In this document: positions 49,896 through 62,520 of the stretch, in pieces | Layout: every line of letters begins with the position of its first letter | How positions within the stretch are numbered: the stretch's first letter is position 1 | Notes under the pieces: model-generated | The model's database searches: none | What the model saw: only the letters and a program-made list of their open reading frames with translations | Told to the model about the DNA's origin: nothing | Program-made: the position numbers and the translations under genes | Source of the DNA: Callorhinchus milii | Lineage: Eukaryota | NCBI RefSeq assembly: GCF_018977255.1 | Contig: NW_024704743.1 | Span: forward strand, 106,208,001 to 106,272,000 | Length of the DNA stretch: 64,000 nucleotides | Reading direction: 5' to 3'

Positions 49896-52800
49896 TTGTT
49901 ATTTTTCTTTTATCAGCTAAGAGTCTTATACAGTATGTGCAGAAATCCCATGACATGTTTGAGACTCTGTCCAATTCCAGTTGCTAAAACATTCAAAGGA
50001 TGTTCTCTTTGCCAGTTCTGGAGTAGTTCATATCCTGGGAGGACACAGATGTCAGCAAGCGTCAAGGTATTAAGATCCTACAGTTCCCATCATGGAATTA
50101 ATGGTTAGCTTCCCACTGCTCATCCAGTTACAACCACCCTGTTGGCTAGGGCAATTGGCTTGAAGGCTAACCAACAACAACAACTTGCATTTATATAGGA
50201 TCCTTCACATGGGAAGTATCTCGGGGTGCTTGAATTATTATTAGCAGTATCTGAAGTAGAAGAATACCAAACCTTCAGTGACAAGTCTACCCCTCCAACT
50301 CCCACTGATGAATCAGAGAGGCTCAAATTTTTCAAGCCGTCCTGTCTCAGCTTTTGGATCCATCCACATATTAGTATTGACTGCTTCCTGCTCCCATAAG
50401 ATCCTAGGAGAGGACAGAGGAAATAATTTAATAATATGACGCACTGCATTTTTACCCCATGACAAAATACCTCTGTGTTCTGTGAGTCTCAGACATAGCA
50501 GACAAGTTTTGTATTTCCCATTTCAGTTGCCTCCAGCATTGAGTAGTGCTGAGCCACTTGTAGGCTGAAAATGGCAACTTGTAATAATCCTTACATGTTT
50601 TGACATGGAGACTTTCACGCCAGGAGGATATCCCAAAGTGCTTCACAGGATTCACTGCAAAGTGCAGTGAGTGTGTGTTTTGTCGGTGAACTAATTTGCA
50701 CACAGTAACTTTTCTATCTTAGACAGACAGAATATTGCTCAAATTCTCTTTCTGCTGACTTGTAAACATTACTGACAGTTACATTGCATGTTTCTAGTTT
50801 AAAATAACTTATTCGACAACTAAAACTGCTCTAATCTTGATGTGACCAGCACCCATAACAAATTTGATCTGTCAGAATCAGTGTGAACATAATAACATGT
50901 GCAGGGTGGACACATCACAGTCTAAATGGGAAATTCATTTTTACAGCTGTCAAATTTCTATTAATGAATGGGCTGCCCTGTAAGATAATAGAGGGCACAG
51001 CAACACCGTGTCAATTACCTTCTGTTTGACCAAAAACAATAGATGTCCCACGAGTCAGTACTAATTGTAAGATGAGAGTCCAGCATTGTTCACATCGATA
51101 GAGAATTACAAAGAGGAATTACTCAGGGAGAGGCCCAAGGCTCTTTGTAGATGCATCTTTCCCAGGTGGCGGAATGCCCCAGATGGTTAATGGCAGAAGT
51201 GAAGCATGGCAGCTCATGTAAGTGGGATATTGCTTTTGCAATAAAAGGGACCATCTTTCTGACTTGTCCATGTTGTGAAATGCATGGGAGAGGGGACGGT
51301 GCCTTCAAATGGCTTTAAAAGTAGCAGTTGGATATCCCTGATCTCTTAGCTGGGCTTCAATATGTATTATGGAGATTGTGGAAGTTCTAGTATCGAAAGA
51401 AGTGGCGAAGTATAGCCTTACCCTTAATGAAAATGGATTCAACTGCATTTCTTGCAATAAGCACAGGCTGGGTTATCCAGCTCATTGGATATTCTGCTGA
51501 CCGAAAGCAAAAAACCCTTTCTACCCTCTCATCAAGTCTTCCTTTTCCTTCTTTCCACTGCAATCCAAGCTCTTCTCCCTTCTTTCTTCTCCTATCCAGG
51601 CTACCTCTCCCTTTGTGACCCTTGACCCAAAAATCCACCCCTATCCAGGTTTCCTTGGAAACAATGCATTAGGAATGATACCATGAAGCTGGAAATAGGC
51701 TCTTCGGAATATGAATTGCGATTCCTGCAAGGAATCCCTTTACTCGAGCCACCATACACAAATTCAATATTAACTGGAGATCACTATCTGGCAACGAGGC
51801 AGATATTTTTCCAGCAAACTATTATTTCACTCCAGAGAGTGTAATGTCAGGGTCCAAGTGGGTCTTAAAAGGAGTGGAACTGACGAATACCAAAGGGTCC
51901 TTTCCCATTCCATTCCTTTTGATGTTATGGCAGCTGAATAGAGGAATTCCTGCATAAGCAATGTTTGCTAGGTTCAGTCTTTAGCTTCCACAGTCTGGTT
52001 TAAGTAAGACAAACTTTAGTTATTTGAACCATAATTAAAACACTAGATTTGTCAATGCATATGAAATGAGGAGAGTGTGGTGTCCTGGTGGAGATCTGTA
52101 GCCCCTGGGGAATTGAGTGACAAACATGCCAGTGGCTGATGCAATGTGTTATAGTCTTGTCATTGTTATCACAGGAACAGCAGGTATGGATTGCGACAGT
52201 AAGAGGAGATAATCGAATGCAGTTACATTTTTGAAGGAATACAAGACCTGGTTCTAAATGGATTATTGGATCAGGCAACGTATCCAGCTGCAGAATAATA
52301 GCACTCGATCTGCAAATAACAGCATGTTTCCCAGGCTGTACCTGAACCATTGAAAGAAGCATTGATGGATCGGCAACTGCATGTCATATGAGACACAGAC
52401 AATCATTTCCTGATTACTTGTGAAACATATGCTATTTAGCTGAAAAATACCCTTGTAAATTACATTGTTGAATTTGCAGTCTTGGTGCATTGAAAAATGG
52501 TATTCACCAACAAATGTGGGTGCCTTTCATAGTAAAAACTGCTTGTTGAAATCTTGATGGAATGAAACTGCTTTGCCTGAATTGCCTGCATTAATGGAAC
52601 AAAATCTTTATGAATTCATATGAGGTGGAAGAAATTGCACTTCAGTTACAGGGAAATCAGAGCATTCAGCTTCCATTGTGTAGTGAGTAAGATTAAATAT
52701 CTCAAAGAACAATGGAAACAAATGTAGCCAATTCATAAAATACTCAATCTCTGCTCCCAATGATGCTCCAAAATAATCAATTTCAGTTCAATTGCAAAAA

Positions 52801-54807
52801 TATCTATTTCAAGATTACAACTTAGCTAGTCTCTAGAATTTCCATGTGTTGCATGGAATTTGGGATGCATGGAGTTTTTAGATTGGTTTGGATACTCTTA
52901 GGCATGGTGATAGCTTTCTGCATGTGTCAGTCACCTGGCTGTCCAAAAAAAATTACCTGTAAAAGTATGCAGTCAATTTAAAATCGGGCCTTCAGTCTGA
53001 AGAATACGAGGATGCAGAATGCTTTCTGGTCGTCTTTCAAACAATGTCAAAACTAGGCTGACATTGAGATGTTTACTGTCACTGAACTTTAACTTTGCTG
53101 CTTCCTCTGTAAATCAGTAACAATCGATCACTTACACTGATTCAGTGATTTTGTGTCAATGTGGCAATTTCACTATCAAAAGGTTACTGTAAGCTTTCCC
53201 CCGAGCCTGGTATCAAATGAGAAGGTTACCAGCATCATACCAACATCATACCAACTGGCTTTGTTCAGATCACAAAAAGATTCACACGAGATTCGGGTGG
53301 AGAAATCCCTTCATTTGATTCTATTGTGTCAAAATACATATAGCCTTCCTGTTAAGGAATTTCCAGTAAGGAATTTCTCAAATCAATCCACGTGCTGGCT
53401 TCTGTTTTACTTATTGGTTATTCATTCCAGGCATCGATTACCATCTATCTAAGGAAATACTTGGTATCTGTTCTGAAATCCTCTTGAAAACCCTGAACCT
53501 GTGACCCCCCATGTCCTGATGTGTATATGAAAATATATGAAAGAATTACCCTGAGTTTATTAAGAATCAGGAAATTAATACAAATAACTTTCAAACCCTT
53601 TAAAATAGGGTGTTATATCTATTTCAAGATCAAATTAATTTGTCACTTGTCCCTGCGTCCTTGAAACACTTTTTGGAGGGAGAAATTGGATGAAGATATA
53701 CCCACTTTATCTAGATTTGCAAGTTACAGTGTATGGTTTTAGCTGGTTAAACTCCAGCAGTTCTTCCAATGTACACTCTGGTCCCCAAGCCTTGGCTGTC
53801 ACCAACACATGTCAATTACGTAAGAAGAGTGCATCCCTTCGAGGAGAGAGAGTGCATTCTGTTCCAGAAACTTTGGATACTCTGAAGCGTGGTGATGGGT
53901 CACATGTGGAAATGTGTCAGACACTCAGCTGACTCCCCAAAAAATATCATTTTAGAGCAGCCACAACTTGGGAAATTCTTAAATACAGCCTTTATTATAA
54001 AACCAGTTTTCTGTAACTTCATTCAAGAACGCAGAAGTAGAATTTCTTCCCATAGTGTTTAATTGTTTAATTGTTTAATTGTGCTATGAATGCCAACCTA
54101 AGGTGCCAATAAACTTACACTAGAGATCATTGCTTTAAAGTTTAATTGTTCCGAATTTTGCAAAATTCTTAAGTTAAGTCTAATTTGGAAAACAAATTGG
54201 TTCTTTCAATTTGTCATACCCACCAGTGGCTGAGTCTTCAGCTGCTACGCTCGTAACCTCCTTCTCCCCATGCGTTTCTTTCCCCCTTTCTATCTGTCCC
54301 TAAATCTTGCCTAAAAGCCTACTTCTTTGAACTGTATTTGTGGGCACCTCCCCCTTCCTCCCGTTCTCTCTTGCTCAGCACCTAGCCTTGTCTCTACGAA
54401 AAGCTCCGAGACCTTACCTTATGTGAAAGGGGCTGCGTTAAATGCAAGTTGTTGTTTTTGGACTGTATGTCATAAGCAATGTACAGAGCTAATTTTCAGG
54501 ACTTGTAAATGCTGGCCCTTCAGTTACACTATGTAATTCTCTGCCCAGAAAGTAGTTTGTTTCTGTATCACATAATGCAACTCCCTTTGATACAGGAATA
54601 TGCTTTACATGAAAACAAAACAATGTTTACAGGGCCATTGCAACTTGCAGTCTGCTTGCTGATGCGGTCATATACACTTGGGCAACATTTCACGTAAAGA
54701 GAATACAGTGATATTAAAATCATTAAATTGTTAACATTTGATACAACACTTTCACCACAGCCGCCGAAACCCTCATACACGCATTCATAACATCCAGACT
54801 TGACTGA

Positions 54808-55357
54808 GCAAACTCCCTGTTTGTCGGCCTCTCCAGATCATCCAGAACTCTGTAGCCGTGTCCTCTCCAGCACCAGGCTCCACGACCCTATCACCCCCAT
54901 CCTCGCCCAACTCCACTGGCTTTCCATCACACAGAGGATACAGTTCAAGATCCTGGTCCTCACCTTCAAAGCCCTCCATGGCCTTGCTCCCCCTACCTCT
55001 CCGACCTCCTTACCCCCTACCTAGCTGCTCGCGCCCTCTGCTCAGTGGGTTCCGGCCTGCTTCACGTCTCCCTTCTCGCGCGCCCCAGCATTGGCTGGCG
55101 AACCTTCAGCCACTCTACACCCACCCTCTGGAACTCCATCCTGCAGTTCCTCCGCCTCACTCCCTCCCTTGCCTCCTTCAAGACCCATCTCAAGACCCTC
55201 TTCTTCTACCGTGCCTTCAACCACCCTCCTTCCCCCCTGCCCTTCACCCTCACCAATCGCGACCCCAGCTCGGGTCCATAACACTGACTGCCCAGTGCCT
55301 TGGGACGTCCTCCTGACGTGAAAGGCGCAATACAAATGTAATTTTGTTGTTGTTGTT
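54808..55357 (+). mobile_element. L2 LINE 3' fragment
   Basis: ITPILAQLHWLSITQRIQFKILVLTFKALHGLAP...LWNS...FKTHLKT. Tail gacgtcctcctgacgtgaaaggcgc...(TTG)n. Confidence 0.92.
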
Positions 55358-56777
55358 ATTCATGTTGGGAGGACATCTCAAAGTACTTCACAGTATATAC
55401 TGTTGAGGGTAATGACTAACTTTGAACAGATTAGAAACAGTTTCTTGTTAACAATAGCAATGATGAGGGCAGGGCCAACAGTGGGAGTGGGGGGGAGGGA
55501 TGGTAATAATTTGTGGGGGCTGAAACATAGTGCACCTTGTTTGGCTCAAACTGATATGCCTGCTTCTTTTTCCTCTGATGATTTTCTCACTGCAGTGTCT
55601 TTCTTGCAAAAAATATTAAGTGAATGTTGATTAAGGATATGAATGCCAAGTGAGAATAGTTGGTGTGTTCAGTAAATAAAGGGAATCTACAATACTGATT
55701 AGATTTTGACTAGACACTTGGAGCGAGAGCAATGGTTTGCTGAGAAATAAATTCAATCTAAATTGAATGAAGGGTGAGCCTTCACTGGTTCAATCAGTCT
55801 CTGAACCTTTCATTAGCCAGTTACAGCTTACCAAGTATTACAGAAAAACATGTTAATAAATGTGTAGAATAAGCACAATTATAAACTCAAAGTGTGTTTC
55901 TTCATATTTCAGTACATCTGGGCTCACTTTTATAATTCTGCCTGACTTCAAATCAAAATAGATGCGTGAAGAAAATGCATCAGAATTCACACTCTTTCAA
56001 TCAAGGATCTAAAACGTGGTATTGAGAGCACAATTTGCTCAGAAATAGACGGATTACCAAGAGCTCCCAGGGTCCAGGATAAAACATGTACTGTGATTGT
56101 CAGGATTCAATATTTACCAATCCTTTGTGAAATCTGTTGCAAATATAGCGTTCTTTTAGACCTCATTATTACATCTAGCTTTTTATTTTATTTGTTGCCT
56201 GGTAAATAAAGAGTTAAAGCACTGACCTTTTTCAAAATAAGCAACTCACATGTTGTAACATGCTGCAACTGGGATTATGGTAACGTTTAGAGAGTGGGTG
56301 GCTGGTCAATACATTGAAGCTGTAAAGCTTTGCCATAGGGGAAGGGCATAGATTCATGCCTGTGATTGTCATGCCAGCTTGTGTGAGAATAATTGAGGAC
56401 AGATACTTCCAGATGTAGGTAGAGATAGCAATCCACTAAAAGAGCTTGATCCGTAACAGTTTATTTTTAATATTGTAGACAACATTATTTTTCTCAGGGG
56501 GCTACTTTGCTTCATTTGAATTTCATGAAGTAGAATTTATATCTCATGTACCATCATTGATCATCCATTGCTTAAGTTTTTCCTCGTGTTCGTTGTAACC
56601 TAGAACTCTGTCCAACTGGATCTTTTTATGGAACAGTTGTAGAATGAAATAACATGATGCTTAGAACTTCTCACATGTGCTATAAAACATTTGCTGGTTG
56701 AGATTAACATGCCAATTTCTTGTAATGTTTTCACGGAAAGTTGACCAGAGTGTGCCATAAAGGTTCTTAAATGTGTT

Positions 56778-57185
56778 TGTCAGCCTAACTCTGTTGGTAG
56801 CACTCTCGCCTCTGAGGCAGAAGGTTGTGGGTTAAAATCCCATGTTGGAATTTGGAACCCATATAGTCTAAGATGACACTCCAATGCAGTGCTGGGGGTG
56901 TGCTGCACTGTAGGAGATGCCGTCCTTCAGATAAGACACTAAATCAAGGTCCCATCTGCCTGTTCAAGTGGATGTTAAAGATCCCAAGCTACTATTTGTA
57001 AAGAGAAGAGAATTTCTCCTGGAGTTCTGGCCAGCAATCTCCCAAATAAAATTGGTTATTTTGCTCATGGTTGTTTGTGGCACATTGCTGTGATCAAAAT
57101 TGGCTGCCAGTTTGCTTTCAAAACACAATGTGACTGCACTCTACAGTAAACCCCATAAATATGTGAAAGGTGCTATAGCAAGTTA
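56778..57185 (+). mobile_element. Older Deu-domain SINE ending ~60 bp upstream of the XKR4 acceptor
   Basis: tgtcagcctaactctgttggtagcactctcgcctctgag head through gtgaaaggtgctata tail. Confidence 0.78.
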
Positions 57186-57217
57186 AGTATGATTATTTTT
57201 ATTATTATTATAATTAA

Positions 57218-57487
<270 letters not shown>

Positions 57488-58360
57488 TGATTAGAACCCA
57501 TACGTTCAGCTGTTTCCCCCTTTCCCCTAAATAACCCCTTTCCAACCATTGTTCAAGCACCACTCAGCATGTCGTAATCTTGACTGACATTCCAATGCGG
57601 AGCTGGGGGAGTGCTATTTTGCAAGAGGTGTCATCTTCAAGTAAAGCTGGCATCCAAATGAAGATAAAATGTTCCAAAATTCAGCAAAATTGTAAGACAA
57701 TGGTCTTAAGGCTAAGATCATGAGAAATTTCTGACCACAGATAGCTATTCGATGACTCCTGCTGAATAGTGCATCTGTGTGTGTAGCCGAGTGTGACAGG
57801 TGAGGACAGCAACTGACTCGGATGCAATGCCCCATAGTTACAGTGTCTGCCAACATGCACTGTCAAGGATCGTAAGTCAAAAATGGGCATTTCGGTCAAG
57901 TGCCAAAGGATACCTTTGGAGACCATCAGGAGAGGAGGGAGCTAAACAATGTATCAGTTCAAATAACTCCAGGTAGTTTGTTCTAGTTGCATTGAATCAA
58001 ATAAATTACACACCACACATTTGCAGCTCAAACTGGTAGCTATGTAGGCGTGTTTGTGTTACTGTCTTCCTTCTCAAGAGAAGGCATAAAATAGTGAAAA
58101 TAAAAGAATTGATGGTCATAGTGCGTGGGATGTTAGGTTTTATAGACATGATCAGACATGGTATTGGTCTCTTTACAAAGCTTTGATAAGGGAGCTGTTT
58201 GCATCTCAAAAGTTTGATAAGGCAGCTGCAGTTTATCTCATGTTTGTTACGTTCTGTATCAGTGTACACATTCACACTCTGAGCCTCAGAGTGGCGGAAA
58301 AAACTCATTTTGGTCAAAAGATCCAAGATTGTTATACAGCTGCAAGTGCCCCTGTAGAGT

Positions 58361-58684
58361 GGAGTCCTGTAGCTCAGTGGTTAGAGCACTCGTTTTGCAA
58401 GCGAGAGACCTGAGTTCAATTCCAGGCAGAGGGCGAAACCTTGGGCAAGTTTCCTTACTCCACACGCCTAATAATAATCCCTCCAAAACAACAACAATAA
58501 TAAATTGGTCATTTTCAATCTACGACTGTTTGTGGGACATTGCTGTGCGCAATTGGCTGCCGCGTTCGCCCACAAATATACAGTCAATTCACTTTACAGT
58601 GTGTTCTGTGAAGCGCTTTGGGACGTCCTCCCGATGTGAAAAGCACTATATCAAATGCAAGGATTATTATTATTATTATTATTA
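58361..58684 (+). mobile_element. Young tRNA(Ala)-derived SINE, short variant, full length
   Basis: Near-identical to the 3110 and 34336 copies, with a long (TTA)n tail. Confidence 0.92.
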
Positions 58685-58928
58685 AGTGAATTAATACTCA
58701 TTGACTGTGCTTTTATCTCCCTTCCCCAGATGATCGAGACACAGTTTTTTGTATCAGTGATAGTCAGTGACTGAATCAGTTGTGTTGCGTTTCTGCCCCT
58801 TCATTTTGTCCTATTTGTGACAGTTCAGTAACCACCCCCTCCCACCCCCCACCCCGGGGACGCAGCATTAACGTTTCTGAAAAAAAAAGTCAGGAAGTAC
58901 TAGATTGCTGTGATTTATTCAGAAAATG

Positions 58929-60700
58929 AAAAGAGGGCTTCAGGTTTCTGGATTATTGGGACCAGTTCTGGGGCAGATGGGACCTGTATCATATGGATGG
59001 GTTCCACCTAAACAGGGCTGGGGCGAATGTGCTTGCAGACAGGCTATCTAATGCTGTAGGGGAGGGTTTAAACTAGTTTTATGGGGGGAAGGGAATGCAA
59101 AAAATGAAGAGTTAGAAAATGGAGAAAAAAAACAGGGGGGAAGTGCAGAACAGGTCAAGTTGGTCTTGGAGAGCCTGTGCCTAAATTCACGGAGTTTAGC
59201 AAATAAGATTGGTGAGCTGAGTGGCAATGTTAATCAAGGATACGGTTATAGCCGTGGAAAGGGTTGAGGTGTTGGAGGGCCCCAAAACGGAATCTATCTG
59301 GTTAGAGTTAAGGAACAAAAAAGGAGCTGTTACACTGATAGGGGTATACTTTTGACCACCAAATAGTGGGAAGGAAATAGATGAGCAGATCTGCAAGCAG
59401 ATCTCAGAGAGATGCAAGGCCAATAGAGTCGTGATAATGGGGGACTTTAATTATCCCAACAGAGACTGGCAAAACAACAGCGCAAACGGCAAGGAGGAGG
59501 AAATATTCCTAAAATGCATACAGGACAACTTTCTTGATCAGTACGTTTCCAGCCCAACAAGGAAGGAAGCAGTGCTAGATCTAGTTCTGGGGAATGAAGT
59601 AGGGCAAGTGGAGTAGGTTTCAGTGGGAGAGCATCTGTGCAATAGTGATCATAACATCATTAGATTCAGAGTGCATATGGAAAGAGACAAGGAACCATCT
59701 AAGGTGAAGATATTCAACTGGAAGAGGGCAAATTTCAGTGAGTTAAAAAGGGACCTAGCCAAGGTGGACTGGAAAGAAAGATTGGCAGGTAAAACAACTA
59801 AAGAACAGTGGGAAGTCTTCAAGGATGAGATGGCTCGAGGACAGAATAAATACATTCCCATAAAAGGGAAAAGTAGGGCTTCCAAACCTCCCTGGATGAC
59901 GAAGGAAATTGTATCTAGTATGAAGCAGAGAAAGGAGGCGTATGACAGGTGTCAAACCCAAGATACAGAAGACAACCAAATAGAATATAGGAAGTGCAGA
60001 AGAGATTTGAAAAAGGAAATAAGAGGGGCAAAACGATTATAGGAAAAAAGGTTAGCAGGTAACATTAACGGAAATTCTAAAATATTTTACAAGCAGATCA
60101 AGAATAAAAGGCTAGTCAAAAGTAGGGTTGGGCCAATTAAACACTGTTTAGGCCTCAGTTAGAATACTGCGCCCAGTTCTGGGCACCACACTCTAGGAAG
60201 GATGTTAAGGCATTGGAAAGGGTGCAGAGGAGATTTACGAGGATGGTACCAGGAATGAGGGACCTTGATTATGAGGAAAGGCTAGAGAGGCTGGGATTAT
60301 TCTCATTGGAGCAGAGAAGGTTACGAGGAGACCTAATAGAGGTCTTCAAAATCATGAGGGGATTTGATAGGTTAGAAAGGGAAAAACTGTATCCACTGGT
60401 GCGTGTGTCGGTGACTCGGGGTCACAGATTCAAATTAGTCTCCAAAAGAAGCAGAGGGGAGGTGAGAAGAAATGTTTTCACGCAGCGAGTTATTCGAATC
60501 TGGAACGCATTGCCTGAAGGGTGGTCCAGGCCGATTCGATAACTACTTTTAAAAACGCGTTGGACGGGTTTGCAGGGTTATGAGGAAAGGGCTGGGGAGT
60601 GGGATTGACATTAATTGCTCCAATCAAAGAGCCAGCACAAACTCGATGGGCCGAATGGCCTCTTTTTGTGCTGTACGATTCTATGATTCTATGATTCTAT
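58929..60700 (+). mobile_element. CR1 LINE with ORF1 C-terminus (SGNH esterase-like), endonuclease remnants and 3' end; RT core deleted
   Basis: GFRFLDYWDQFWGRWDLYHMDGFHLNRAGANVLA (ORF1), IMGDFNYP...LDLVL...SDHN (APE endonuclease), ERVQRRFTRM...RRLRGDLIEVFK...TRGH, and a (ATTCTATG)n tail. Possible TSD atgaaaa at 58926-58932 and 60699-60705. Confidence 0.93.
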
Positions 60701-60821
60701 GAAAATTCAAGCAAAGTTCCGCAGTTTCCTGAAGCTAGCTAATCAACAGTTTTAATGTGAAGCTCATTCACGGGCAGCAAGCAGCATCTGGCATGATTTA
60801 TGCTGCGTTATGACTGCAGTG

Positions 60822-60844
60822 TGCTGCTGCTGCTGCTGCTGCTG
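60822..60844 (+). repeat. (TGC)n microsatellite, about 7 units
   Basis: tgctgctgctgctgctgctgctg. Confidence 0.9.
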
Positions 60845-61259
60845 TTACTGGTGATGTAATCGCCAAGAAGGAGCTGAAAAGCTAAAAATAGCAGAATCAC
60901 GTACTGTTTCATCTTGAACTGGCGTAGCTCAGCTTTCAAATCCAATGCATAGTATTGGTCCAACCATTGAAGTGCGGGTCACCTCAGATTTCTGACCCAG
61001 ATCTGCACTCATATTTATGGTGTAATTACAGATAATCGTTTGCTCAACCCTAAACGTTTATAAATATTAATGTTAGTGGCACATACTCTCCTTTTGCTGG
61101 CAAACCCACTAATGAAAGTAGTTTGAATTCCAAATGAGATGTTTCAAGTAATAAATCACAACCCTCCCCCCCCCGCAGGTACATGAGTTGAATCAGAAAT
61201 TATATTGGAACATGTATTATTATAGCAGATCAAGGTGAAGCCATTTCTGAAATTGCAGT

Positions 61260-61543
61260 AACAAAAACAGAAGTTGCTGGGAACACTCAGCAGGTCAGGC
61301 AGCATCTATGGAGAAAGGAAAGTGAGTCAACGTTTCGGGTCCATGACCCTAGGTCATGTTAGGAGGGAGAGGCTTTTAAGGACTAACAGGGAGGGTGGAG
61401 ACAGGGCAAGGAAGACAAAGGAGAAAATGGGGATGATGGGTTAAAGAGATGATCTGATCATCTCCATTGATGCTGTCTGACCTGCTGAGTGTTCCCAGTG
61501 ACTTTTGCTGTTTTAGATTTCCAGAATGTGCAGTATTTTGTGT
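61260..61543. mobile_element. Second palindromic Penelope-like element, same family as 48871
   Basis: Same left arm (aacaaaaacagaag..gctgggaacactca) and inverted right arm, with a purine-rich spacer. 16-bp flanking direct repeat tttctgaaatt(g/a)cagt at 61244-61259 and 61544-61559. Confidence 0.72.
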
Positions 61544-62184
61544 TTTCTGAAATTACAGTGATGCCTGGTTCGAAAGACAACAGAAGCATGTTTGAGGGCC
61601 ATTATGAGTGAGAGCAAATTTGTCTCTTTTTTTTCAATGGCAATTTCAGAACCTTTCCAGTTCTTTATTTAACCAGGTACTATTCTCTCTATTCCACCAT
61701 CAACATTTGCAGAACTTTCATATGAAACTGTAAAATGTGCAGGTGACGTGCAAGGAACGTGTGGAATTTTCTGCGGTTACTTGTCAGTGATCAAGTTCTA
61801 TGTTTGGGACTTTTAAAGAAAAGTAAATCTCATGAAATGACTGATTTCAAAGTCTTCACCTTGATCTGTAAATCTTTTCATACCCTGTTTAGCTACTCCT
61901 TATTTTTCTGATCTTCTCCTACCTCTACTTACTCCCTTCGCTTGGCAAACACGTGCTTGCTTGCTTCTCCATCATAACATACCATCATTGGTACCCAAGT
62001 CTTCACTTTATGCCCTTAATCTCCAGAGCTCCCTTCTTCCTTCTCACTTCTTCACTATCTGTCTTGAAATCCTGCCTTAAAACCTAGCTCTTTGAAAGCA
62101 TCTATGGTTACACCCCTTCCACTCTCCCCCTCACCTCTCTCTGAAGCTTGGCACCTGACCCATCATTGTACAGCACTCCGAAAC

Positions 62185-62520
62185 AGCAACAACTTGTATT
62201 TACAGCGGATTTCATCCACATCTCTCGGAGCGATTAACAGTGGTGAAGCCCGATGCTGAGCTGGGGGGAGGGGGAAGGTGACTGGAGGCATGGTCGAAGA
62301 AGAAGGTCTTCAGGTGCAACCTGAATATGGAGATAGAGGGCGCAAGGCGAAGGGATTGAGGGAGAGTGTTCCACAGCTTCCAGGGCGTAGTGACTGAAGG
62401 CCGCCGATGGAGGGTGAGGAGATCGGGGAGTTTGAGGAGGTCTGAACCGCAGGAGAAAAAACGTTAACGGGAACCAAAGAGTATGGCTTCCATCTTGTCA
62501 ACATTCAGTTGCAGGAAATT
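62185..62520 (-). mobile_element. Internally deleted L2 fragment
   Basis: The minus strand reads ttcctgcaactgaatgttgacaag (FLQLNVDK) joined to the 3' region and tail. Confidence 0.65.

Noticed and set aside
54056..54083. (tgtttaat)x3 tandem repeat
   Set aside because: Simple slippage repeat with no spacers. It is not CRISPR-like.
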